A stretch of DNA of 64,000 nucleotides from Dicyema japonicum (Eukaryota; Animalia; Dicyemida). The notes beneath the pieces were generated by a model that saw nothing but the letters and a program-made list of their open reading frames with translations, was not told the DNA's origin and did no database searches. The stretch spans positions 26,639-90,638 of the forward strand of contig RDEW01000100.1 in NCBI GenBank assembly GCA_011109175.1. Reading direction: 5' to 3'. Positions 51,625 to 62,880 of this stretch are shown piece by piece; position 1 is the first letter of the stretch, and every line of letters begins with the position of its first letter. A program made the position numbers and the translations under genes.

Positions 51625-51769
51625 TTGTTTAATTGTTAAAAAAAATTTTGTTTAAAAAAAAAAGTAAATAGATATCTATGAATTAAATATGCCGGAAATA
51701 ATAAAATGGCAGATTATTATAAGTATAATCATACTAGCTATAATTTCATTCGTGCCGTGTTTGTATGAT

Positions 51770-52200
51770 CCGAGATACTAGTCTCTCTCACCCTCTTCTA
51801 TTGGATGCCAGACTTGCAGACTGATGAGGTTTTCACTGTCCCTTAGTACCTTGTTTACTGGTCTCAAATCTCCATTAAAGACTTCGGGAAACGTTATACG
51901 TGGACGGCCTCTAAACTTTTCCCAGATGTTTAAAGTAATTCTTCCATGATGATGTTTGCTGCCGTATCTCCTTAGTTTTGAATTTATGATTCTGTTTGAT
52001 GAAATAACTCTGAGAGCGCCTTGTTCAATTGTACCTTCTTCCCATATGGCATCTTCGGGTTCTTCCTCCTATACTCCAATGTCAGGCTCTCTAGGGTCCG
52101 CTTTAGTATAGTCGACTGTAGATAGGCCTAGAGTCTCCTATGTACCCTCAACTGTTTTAGATAACCCTGTGGTACTTTGTTGCAATTCCTTCCCACCTCC
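51770..52200 (-). mobile_element. Adjacent 3' fragments of an RTE (about 51770-51945) and a diverged R4/Dong-like element (about 52000-52200); repeated near 59220-59650
   Basis: The first part is homologous to 42410-42600 (FRGRPRITFPEV). The second is homologous to 3700-3890 (STILKRTLESLTLEYRR). Confidence 0.7.
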
Positions 52201-52562
52201 ATTAAAAGTGGATGGTGTCGTCCTTTTCTTTTTACGAACGACGAACCCTATCCAAGACCGACTATGATTATCCCCCAAAATAATATAAATGTGATCGGTA
52301 CTAAAATCACTGAACTACGCCGTTTTATTAAATCTAATTCTGTAGATATTTATTTATTTCAATAAAAACTCTCGAGATCTTTCCCTTGGTGCTGTCATCA
52401 CCTGGACATCATTTGTTAGGTCCAGTAATCTTCCCTTCAGAAAAGGATAAAATCAACACACGTAAAACCATAATACAGTCCGACCTCGATTTGAAACAAC
52501 AAATTGTGATCATTTCGATAAAGTTTTAAACATTCTCTTTTCAAATTCTCTTTATTTTAATA

Positions 52563-54320
52563 TGTCGCGAGCCACAGACGTCACTTTTGTCAGCTGTCAC
52601 AACTGTCATTTTAATTATTCATCTTTTTATAATAAGGAGAATTAAGTCTACCCGAGGAAAATCAAATTTGTAATCTCCTTTTGTATGACTATAAGCAAAA
52701 AACCTTTACTATATGTTTCGGAGATGTCTTTAACGTCTGGCTCTGTTCATTCAGCAATATTATCCACACTTTCCAGGTTGTCTTCACCGTCTGTCTCCGT
52801 TACAGTATTTTTAGCAATGGTGTTGTAGCTCGGAATCCCTCGATATCTCTGAAACGGACTAACACTACCTAAAAAAAAAAAAGCACAAGTTTACCTGTGG
52901 ATGAGTGAGGCGTTTGATTGTATAAAAGCACAACCCTTCGAATGTGCTTTATCCACTCTTTTTTGTCATCCGAAACCATCATTTTCGATGAACTTTGTGA
53001 GATTGTCTGGTTGAATCTTTCAACAATCCCTTGACTCTGGGATTGATAGGTCTTCCACGGATTTGAGTAATTCTTTAATCCTCACACAATTTTCTGATAT
53101 GACCGTTCTTGAACTCTGTGCCATTGTCGCATTGTAGAAACCTAAGAGGGCCATAATCCGTAAAAATTTCTTCTAGTTTGTTGGCCACCTCGATTCCACT
53201 TTTATTTTCCAGGTTCCTTGTAAATCCATATTTTAAATATATGTCTACTACAGACAACAACCAAGAAAAATGATCATTTTGATTCTCAAATCTGCAATAA
53301 TAACTAATAAACTTAAGCCTTTTAAGATCAATTAGAAATCTCTCATTAGGCAAATCAGCAAGAACATGACTAAAATCGTCATATTGTTTGAGAGGCACTG
53401 CAAACATGCATACGTTGCAGTCTTTTACAGCTTGACGAATAACAGTTCTTTTGATTTCGCAAAATCTCCTACGACAAAGCGCATCCAGAGCGTTATGTCC
53501 ACAGTGATTTGTCTGGTAAATGTCCTGAGCAATAGTCCTCATTTCTTCTTTACTAGTTAAGGGTATCACAAATTTGTAAAGTCCGTTGACAGTTTCAAAT
53601 AAAGCTTTTCATCAATAACAATAAAATTTTCAGCTTTCTTATTTATTCGGTACCTCATTTGTTTCGCAATATTCACATCTTTATCATTAAGGATGGATTT
53701 TAGAAGTTGGTACTCTTCATTATCTTTGACAACAGTCTTGGTACTAGGCATCAGGTCAAAGTGACGAAATTTTCTATCGTGGATTAATAATAATAATAAC
53801 AGCCTTTTTCACGGAGCCGTGGTATTAGCTCCGCATAGGCAGGACACACACTTTATTTAAGTAAAGAACAGTTAATTTTAACTAATCGTAGAACTAAGGA
53901 ATGATCTTCACTTCTTTTTTTCTTTTTCTTGTGTGAGTGTCCTTTCTAGACAATCCAGTTCCGCAGTGAGTATTCACTGATGACGGCGTCACTCGTCAAA
54001 CCCTTTCCGCATCGTAGATGCGTTGAACCTTCCACCAGGTGAAGAGCAGCGAGATTCGAACCCGTAGCCTAAGCCACTTAAGCCCGACACCTAACCACTA
54101 AGACACCCGGTGGATTATCATTTTATATTCAATAAATAGTTAGCCAGACTAAAATTAGAGTAAATTTTTGATAAAATAATAATTATTAATATTATCGTAG
54201 AATTAATTTATATTGGAATATAATAATTTATAAAAATAGAAAAATTATAATATTGATTAAATTTTAATTAAAATGACAGTAGATGACAGCTGTCAAAGGT
54301 AACGTCTGTGGCTCGCGACA
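52563..54320 (-). mobile_element. Ginger-like DDE/integrase DNA transposon, unit 1
   Basis: TIRs of about 55 bp, TGTCGCGAGCCACAGACGT...ACA. HHCC Zn motif (HCGH...CNVC) and rve core (LIDL, QCDNGTEF, QGIVERFNQT, YNQTPHSSTG), with stops and frameshifts. Confidence 0.85.
53787..54109 (-). mobile_element. SINE inserted in the Ginger element, (TTA)n tail, 8-bp TSD
   Basis: GTGGATTA at 53779-53786 and 54110-54117. Head has TAGTGGTTAGG and GGTTCGAATC boxes. Confidence 0.85.
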
Positions 54321-54611
54321 ATTCCTATTTTCACGTTCCTAGTACTCTATTTCACACATATTTTTCAAGCATGAATGACCTCAAATAATCAATATCCTTG
54401 GATCTTATACACCTCACTAAATGCATACTCAATGAATCATCAATTTTACTATTGTTGTACCAAGAGATTGTTCGCCAGTGGGGAGGCGCCTATCCTTAAC
54501 TCCCAGTTTAAGGGGGTGATCAGTTCCTCGAATACGTTAGAGTAGAGAGTTTTAAAGAATTCAGATATCTGTTCGATTAATTGTTAGTGTTAAAGGTTAT
54601 TTTTTAAATTG

Positions 54612-55462
54612 TTAGTGTAATCCGAAAAAAGTTATTATTAGTAAGCTGAATAATGAAGTCACAGCTGCATCAGAGTTCCTGGCGCTTCTGTTGTAATAGT
54701 GGTAGTTGAGGTAGTGGTTTCTTAAAATGACATCATTTTTAACCTTTTTTCGTATTTGAGTGAGCTTCGGGTTTGAGGCTCTTACATTTCACCAAGAACT
54801 TCAAATTGCACGATTTCGATTCTAAATCGAAGAGTAGGCCAGTTGCACAACTTTGAACGTTTACCGTACTTCCAATTTGTGCACAATTAATGAATTTCGT
54901 GCAGCCATCCAACGGAACAAATCCGATACTTTTGCAGATGTTATCTAAATTATATTCCTAAAAAACTTTGATCAGTCACTGCTCCACCAGAGTTGGGAGA
55001 TACAGTTGATTTGGTCGATGTTGTGTCGTTAGAAGTTGATCCAGTGTCCTTGTTTGTCTCCCAATCCTTGACTTATACAAAAAATTACAATTCCAGGATA
55101 AATATTGAGTTCCTTGTGGATTGCCCCGATCAGAGGACTTTTTCCATTGTGACACTCTTTTCCGGTAAAATCGTCGAAATCTAATGTCCGCACAAATATT
55201 CCAGCTAATCCGTTGTCTTTTACATATTTTGCCTGAAATTTAAAATTTGATCAACTTTTTCGTGAATGCTTCTGATGGTCTCGTATCCTAGCCAATAATT
55301 ATCTTTTACGCCATGTGCCGCTTTTTGGGTGTCGTTCCAAACATTTTTGTATCCTTCATTACAATACTAAATTTAATTAAATTATAAAACTTCGAGATAT
55401 GACAAAATTCCACTGTTGTTATAAAACTTCGAGATATGACAAAAGCAGATCTCCAGAATAGT
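54612..55462 (-). pseudogene. 3' half of a GH18 chitinase with CBM14, unit 1 (frameshift in the tail)
   Basis: Spliced reading: LSYLE|YCNEGYKNVWNDTQKAAHGVKDNYWLGYE...|AKYVKDNGLAGIFVRTLDFDDFTGKECHNGKSPLIGAIHKEL, then a Ser/Thr linker and a six-Cys CBM14 domain. Introns are 21-23 nt apart from the first, which contains a local duplication. The 5' half is replaced by CRE sequence. Confidence 0.85.
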
Positions 55463-57180
55463 TCCCCAACTTTCAATGCAGAACCAGGAAGTCTCGACTG
55501 GGAAAATATGTACAGGTCCCATCCCAAATCAAGCATTTCCCCCAAGAGAAGGGGAAGACAGTTACCCCATCTGGGTGCTTCCCATCTCCACGATCCAGGC
55601 CCACCGGTTCCAGAGACGACCGGAATCTATCTTCCTCAAGAGAGCGCTTCACAACCCCGTTGATGGCGTCATGTCTCGGGAACTGGCCTCTGCTGAGACG
55701 GCAAGAGAGCGGGTGAAGTTCTTTGCAGTCCACAACAGATCCACAATGGCATGGATGAGGCTGAAACAGGTCGATCCCAAAAACGAATAGATATCCCATT
55801 CCGGAGGGCGTTCTGTTCCAAAAAAGAATCAATTGACGATGATGGAAACGCGTTCAGCCAAGCTCCGCTGTGGAGGAAAGGGTTGCCAGAATGCATGCCA
55901 GACGGTGAAATTCATCCGTTTCCATAAGGGTTGAATGAGTATTCTTATACAAAATGTTGGTCTAGTTCCTCAGTCGGTGTATATCAAGAGGAGTTTCTTT
56001 GAAAGCCATCGACCAGCTTTTCAACCAATCAGCAATTTTGTCGTCCAGAGCGTATTTGCAGAAATCTGGAAGAATGGTCCGGATGAGAAATGCGTTACCT
56101 GATAAAGAGGAAATGAAGGATGACAAGGAAACGTCCAGAACAGAAGTTAGGCTGATTCCCCCAAATCTGAAGGGTAGGAATGCTTGCATTATTCCAATGT
56201 TAATATATATTCACAATTTCTTCAATGGACTTGGAGATAAAAATGTTGAAATTCTCCAGGCTTTCTGGAAAGAGGTAGCAAGGAGAGGCTCGTGCCAAAA
56301 ACATTAGTCTTGAAAGAAAAAGATAATTTTTCAAGCGAAAAAACGCAGTATGTGGATCATGTTCGTATAGTTTAACGGAATTAGAGCCCGGCACAATAAC
56401 GTGTTCCACGTCGGTAATAGAAGGACGGGGAGAAAAGCCGTGATCATGCATCGTGATTTAAAGAATTCATCTTGCGAGAGTCCCAGATTACAAATTTCAG
56501 ATTTACTCGCATTAATCTCAAGTCCATAACTGCTAAGAATGGGAAAAGGAATTTCAAGACTTTTCATAACCGACTAGGAAGATACATCGATAGTAGCATC
56601 GTCCAAATACCAACAATTGCCGTCACACCATGAACAGACAGCCGTATCAACTGCCAAAGCAAAAAAGAAGCAGACCAACAGGATCACCTTGTTGGATCCC
56701 AGTCAATGATTTAATGAGATCATCACCAATAACAAGATGATTACCGTATAAAAGTTTCGTAATGTGGATAATTATTGGGGCTCTCCTCAAAGCGATTTCC
56801 AGAGGATGGTCCCTCCTCGCCTAATTAAAAGCGTTCTGCTTCACAATAATCCCAGAGTTCTTTTCTTTACAATATTTCACAAAGGAACGAGCGGCATGAA
56901 TGACCAATTCGCTTCCAATTGCAATAGGGCTGACTTCGCCACCAGGTTTCAAGAAGGGAAACAACAAGGCAGAAAATAGAGTTCACTGGCGATGGAGGGA
57001 TATTCCAGGATACAAACAGGTTTGAGAGCTTGGTTAACGATGATACAAGGTGAGCTCCCGCCTCAAAAGTTAAGAATAACGAAAGGACCCTAATATACCA
57101 AGGGCAAATGAGAATGTGAGAGTCTGCGTAATGTGGATATATTTTTGAAGTCACAGATGGTGTCGAAGTCACCCTTTCAT
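55463..57180 (-). mobile_element. CRE-like element, unit 2 (3' end cut at the array junction)
   Basis: Near-identical to 48012-49730. Confidence 0.85.
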
Positions 57181-60013
57181 TATTTATTTATTTTATTTAT
57201 TTAACTTGGTTGTAATTTATGATAACTTGGTTGATGACTTGGTTGTGATTTATTTTTAATCACCGGACTAGAAACCGTAAAATTGATGAGTTAAACTAGA
57301 TAGACCTCAGTTTCCAATTACGGGGTATCTTTGAATGGTCCTGTCAAAGTAAAGTCGATTTTCAATGATCGTATAGCAAATTCTTAGGTGACTGTACTAT
57401 GCCAATGATAACTTGAAATGGTTAGATTGACTACAACAGCAGTACTAAATAGTTAATTGGTAAGAAAGTTGTGTATGGTGTACCTTTATTGTACGGAATG
57501 TCTACTAATCGTAATAATGGATCAAAGTCAATACCTTCCTTTTCGTAAGCACGGACAAAGTGACGGACAGTGGGCAAATAAGTCATAGCACACATATCAT
57601 TTTTTTTAATTTGACATTTTATAATGATAACTTTTTCTATTTAGTTTATCACACATAAAATTGCATTATTTTTAACACATTTTTTATTAATAAAAAATTT
57701 ATTTAAAACAAAATTATAAATAACTAGCACGACAAAATCGCGACAAATGTGGAGCGGTAACGGTGGAAATGAAATCAACTGTGGAGGTTGTGGAAATTTA
57801 TTGGGAGAACAAGGATCTGGTTGAGCTAACTGATCTTCTCTGACTGTTTTATGAGGAATACAATGTCTCTAGGATTGCTTCTATTGCAGTTAAAGACAAA
57901 AACAAAAAATTATGTGATCCCACGAATTCCAATAGGGCTCTCAGCTTGTCCCGGTGGTCTTCCCTCGATCCAACACAAGCACGCAGTGGACGAGTGAATT
58001 AAAACTCACTAATGAGAAAATGAATTATTTTGAAATTTGAATTCACTGCATCTGCAATATTTGCCAATATTAGTCATGTCAACTTGTTGGAGGATATATG
58101 CATATTTTGTTTAATACGATAGTGGAGATATCTGTTTAAATGTACTAACACTGGCTTGTGATTGAATATTACATGGGCTTTCAAAAATTACATTTGCATA
58201 CTTTATTACCTACGTCTGAGTAAACCTGGTTCGTCTACGATGTGGGCACCACTCCTATCTACCAACTTACGATATCCTCTGTCCCTTTTGCAACCTCTAC
58301 GTGTTGACAACAAACCACCTATTTGAATGTCATGAACTAGCACAACGTTCGTCTACAATGCCGGGAATGACCGATCTATGGAGCGACAACATCTGCTGCG
58401 TCCTACTTAATAGCTGCTGACCTCCTACAAGTTAGTGAGGCTGGGGTTACTTAACTAACAAACTTACCACTTACAAAATAGTTTCTGTTGAAGAAACTGT
58501 TCAATATTAGAGACGATTAAGTAATGACCGGATCATGGGAGCCGTTGGTCCAATGACGGCTGAGTTCTTGCGAGAACTCGGAGGATTGCTTGCAAGAAAG
58601 AAAAGGGATCAACGAGAAGGGTTATGGCTAAGACAAAAGATTGGAATAGCCATACTCCGAGGGAACTCGTTCGCAATCCACGGAGCAGGCTTCCTCAACT
58701 GACATTTAGTTAGTTAAGAGCTCTTTCGCGTGGCCCTAAAAGGGGTTCGCTTGAGCCATGTTTTGCAGCCATCCTCCTCGCCCACGCCATCTTGTTCCTG
58801 GCCCTCATTCGAACATCATACAGATCGTCCGCTGTCATCAATTTACGACTATTTTGTTCGTAGTCATCTTTTAAGCAGGTTAGAAGTGTGTTTCTTGGTC
58901 TGCCTCGAAATCCGCGACTTCCGGCGTAGTAGAAATATTCTTCCATTATTCTGTTACATGGCGTAGTCGGGTCCAGTCTGAGGATATGTCCAAATAGTCG
59001 CCATCTCGATAAAATAACATCGGTGCTGAGTGGTCTGGATTTACACCGTGAATATAGATTTTCAACTGACATTTGTTTAATTGTTAAAAAAAATTTTGTT
59101 TAAAAAAAAAAGTAAATAGATATCTAAGAATGAAATATGCCGAAAATAATAAAATGGCAGATTATTACAAGTATAATCATACTAGCTATAATTTCATTCG
59201 TGCCGTCGTGTTTGTATGATCCGAGATACTAGTCTCTCTCACCCTCTTCTATTGGATGCCAGACTTGCAGACTGATGAGGTTTTCACTGTCCCTTAGTAC
59301 CTTGTTTACTGGTCTCAAATCTCCATTAAAGACTTCGGGAAACGTTATACGTGGACGGCCTCTAAACTTTTCCCAGATGTTTAAAGTAATTCTTCCATGA
59401 TGATGTTTGCTGCCGTATCTCCTTAGTTTTGAATTTATGATTCTGTTTGATGAAATAACTCTGAGAGCGCCTTGTTCAATTGTACCTTCTTCCCATATGG
59501 CATCTTCGGGTTCTTCCTCCTATACTCCAATGTCAGGCTCTCTAGGGTCCGCTTTAGTATAGTCGACTGTAGATAGGCCTAGAGTCTCCTATGTACCCTC
59601 AACTGTTTTAGATAACCCTGTGGTACTTTGTTGCAATTCCTTCCCACCTCCATTAAAAGTGGATGGTGTCGTCCTTTTCTTTTTACGAACGACGAACCCT
59701 ATCCAAGACCGACTATGATTATCCCCCAAAATAATATAAATGTGATCGGTACTAAAATTACTGAACTACGCCGTTTTATTAAATCTAATTCTGTAGATAT
59801 TTATTTATTTCAATAAAAACTCTCGAGATCTTTCCCTTGGTGCTGTCATCACCTGGACATCATTTGTTAGGTCCAGTAATCTTCCCTTCAGAAAAGGATA
59901 AAATCAACACACGTAAAACCATAATACAGTCCGACCTCGATTTGAAACAACAAATTGTGATCATTTCGATAAAGTTTTAAACATTCTCTTTTCAAATTCT
60001 CTTTATTTTAATA

Positions 60014-61768
60014 TGTCGCGAGCCACAGACGTCACTTTTGTCAGCTGTCACAACTGTCATTTTAATTATTCATCTTTTTATAATAAGGAGAATTAAGTCT
60101 ATCCTAGGAAAATCAAATTTGTAATCACTTTTTGTATAATTATAGAAAAAAAACTTTACTGTATGTTTCGGGGCTGTCTTTACCTTTTGGCTCTGTTAAA
60201 TCAGCAATATTATCCACACTTTCCAGGTTGTCTTCACCGTCTGTCTCCGTTGCAGTATTTTCAACAATGGTGTTGTAGCCCGGAATCCCTCGATATCTCT
60301 GAAACGGACTAACACCTACAAAAAAATAAAATCACAAATTTACTTGTGGATGAGTGAGGCGTTTGATTGTATAAAAACACAGCTTTTCTAATATGTTTTA
60401 TTCACTCTTTCTTGTCATACGAAGCCATCATTTTTGATAAATTCCGTGAGATTGTCTGGTTGAATCTTTCAACAATCTCTTGATTCTGGGATTGATATGT
60501 CTTCCATGGATTTGGATAATTCTGTAATCATGACAAATTTTTGATGTGACCGTTCTTGAACTCTGTACCGTTGTCGGATTGTACAAACCTACAAGAGCCA
60601 TAATCCATGAAAATTTTTTCTAGTTTGTTGGCCACTTCGATTCCACTTTTATTTTCTAGGTTCCTTGTAAATCCATATTTCGAATAGACGTCTATAACTG
60701 ACAACGACCAAAAAAATGATCATTTTGATTACTCAAATTTACAATAATAACTAATAAACTTAAACCTTTTAAAATCAATTTGAAATCTCTCATTAGGCAA
60801 ATCAGCAACAAAATGACTTAAATCGTCATATTGTTTGAGAGGCACTGCAAACTTGCATACGTTGCAGTCTTTTACAACTTGACGAATAACAGTTCTTTTG
60901 ATAGCGCAAAATCTCCTACGACAAAGCGCATCCAGAGCGTTATGTCCACAGTAATTTGTCTGGTAAATGTCCTGACCAATAGTCCTCATTTCTTCTTTAC
61001 TAGTTGAGGGTATCACGATTTTGTGAAGTCCGTTGACAGTTTCAAATAAAGCTTTTCATCAATAACAATAAAATTTTCAGCTTTCTTATTTATTCGGTAC
61101 CTCATTTGTTTCGCAATTTTCACATCTTTATCATTAATGATGGATTTTAGAAGATAGTACTCTTTATTATCTTTGACAACAGTCTTGGTACTAGGCATCA
61201 GGTCAAAGTGACAAAATTTTCTATCGTGGATTAATAATAATAATAACAGCCTTTTTCACGGAGCCGTGGTATTAGCTCCGCATAGGCAGGACACACACTT
61301 TATTTAAGTAAAGAACAGTTAATTTTAACTAATCGTAGAACCAAGGAATGATCTTCACTTCTTTTTTTCTTTTTCTTGTGTGAGTGTCCTTTCTAGACAA
61401 TCCAGTTCCGCAGTGAGTATTCACTGATGACGGCGTCACTCGTCAAACCCTTTCCGCATCGTAGATGCGTGGAACCTTCCACCAGGTGAAGAACAGCGAG
61501 ATTCTAACCCGTAGCCTAAGCCACTTAAGCCCGACACCTAACCACTAAGCCACCCGGTGGATCATCATTTTATATTCAATAAATAGTTAGCCAGACTAAA
61601 ATTAGAGTAAATTTTTGATAAAATAATTATTATTAATATTATCGTAGAATTAATTTATATTGGAATATAATAATTTATAAAAATAGAAAAAATTATAATA
61701 TTGATTAAATTTTAATTAAAATGACTGTAGATGACAGTTGTCAAAGGTAACGTCTGTGGCTCGCGACA
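60014..61768 (-). mobile_element. Ginger-like DNA transposon, unit 2 (with SINE at 61234-61556)
   Basis: Same TIRs, flanks and SINE insertion site as unit 1, but the integrase interior is markedly diverged. Confidence 0.85.
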
Positions 61769-62058
61769 ATTCTTATTTTCACGGTCCTAGTACTCTATTT
61801 CACACATATTTTTCAAGCATGAATGACCTCAAATAATCAATATCCTTGGATCTTATACTCTCACTAAATGCATACTCAATGAATTATCAATTTTACTATT
61901 GTTGTACCAAGAGATTGTTCGCCAGTGGGGAGGCGCCTATCCATAACTCCCAGTTTAAGGGGGTGATCAGTTCCTCGAATACGTTAGAGTAGAGAGTTTT
62001 AAAGAATTCAGATATCTGTTCGATTAATTGTTAGTGTTAAAGGTTATTTTTTAAATTG

Positions 62059-62880
62059 TTAGTGTAATCCGAAAATAGTTATTATTAGTAAGCTGAATAA
62101 TGAAGTCACAGCTGCATCAGAGTTCCCTGGCGCTTCTGTTGTAATAGTGGTAGTTGAGGTAGTGGTTTCTTAAAATGACATCATTTTTAACCTTTTTTTG
62201 TATTCGAGTGAGCTGCGGGTTTGAGGCTCTTACATTCCACCAAGAACTTCAAATTGCACGATTTCGATTCTACATCGAAGAGTAGGCCAGTTGCACAACT
62301 TTGAACGCTTACCGTACTTCCAATTTGTGCACAATTAATGAATTTCGTGCAGCCATCCAACGGAACAAATCCGATACTTTTGCAGATGTTATCTAAATTA
62401 TATTCCTAAAAAACTTTGATCAGTCACTGCTCCACCAGAGTTGGGAGATACAGTTGATTTGGTCGATGTTATGTCGTCAGAAGTTGATCTAGTGTCCTCA
62501 TTTGTCTCCCAATCCTTGATTTATACGAAAAATTACAATTCCAGGATAAATATTGAGTTCCTTGTGGATTGCCCCGATCAGAGGACTTTTTCCATTGTGA
62601 CACTCTTTTCCGGTAAAATCGTCGAAATCTAATGTCCGCACAAATATTCCAGCTAATCCGTTGTCTTTTACATATTTTGCCTGAAATTTAAAATTTGAGC
62701 AACTTTTTCGTGAATGCTTCTGATGGTCTCGTATCCTAGCCAATAATTATCTTTTACTCCATGTGCCGCTTTTTGGGTGTCGTTCCAAACATTTTTGTAT
62801 CCTTCATTACAATACTAAATATTAAATTTAATTAAATTATAAAACTTCGAGATATGACAAAAGCAGATCTCCAGAATAGT
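62059..62880 (-). pseudogene. 3' half of a GH18 chitinase with CBM14, Thr-rich stalk and GPI-like tail, unit 2 (frame intact after splicing)
   Basis: Ends ETTTSTTTITTEAPGNSDAAVTSLFSLLIITIFGLH*. Lacks the 5' catalytic half. Confidence 0.85.

Noticed and set aside
51821-51860. CTGATGAG as a hammerhead ribozyme core
   Set aside because: No GAAA and no closing stems follow. The segment is the antisense strand of an RTE 3' coding fragment.
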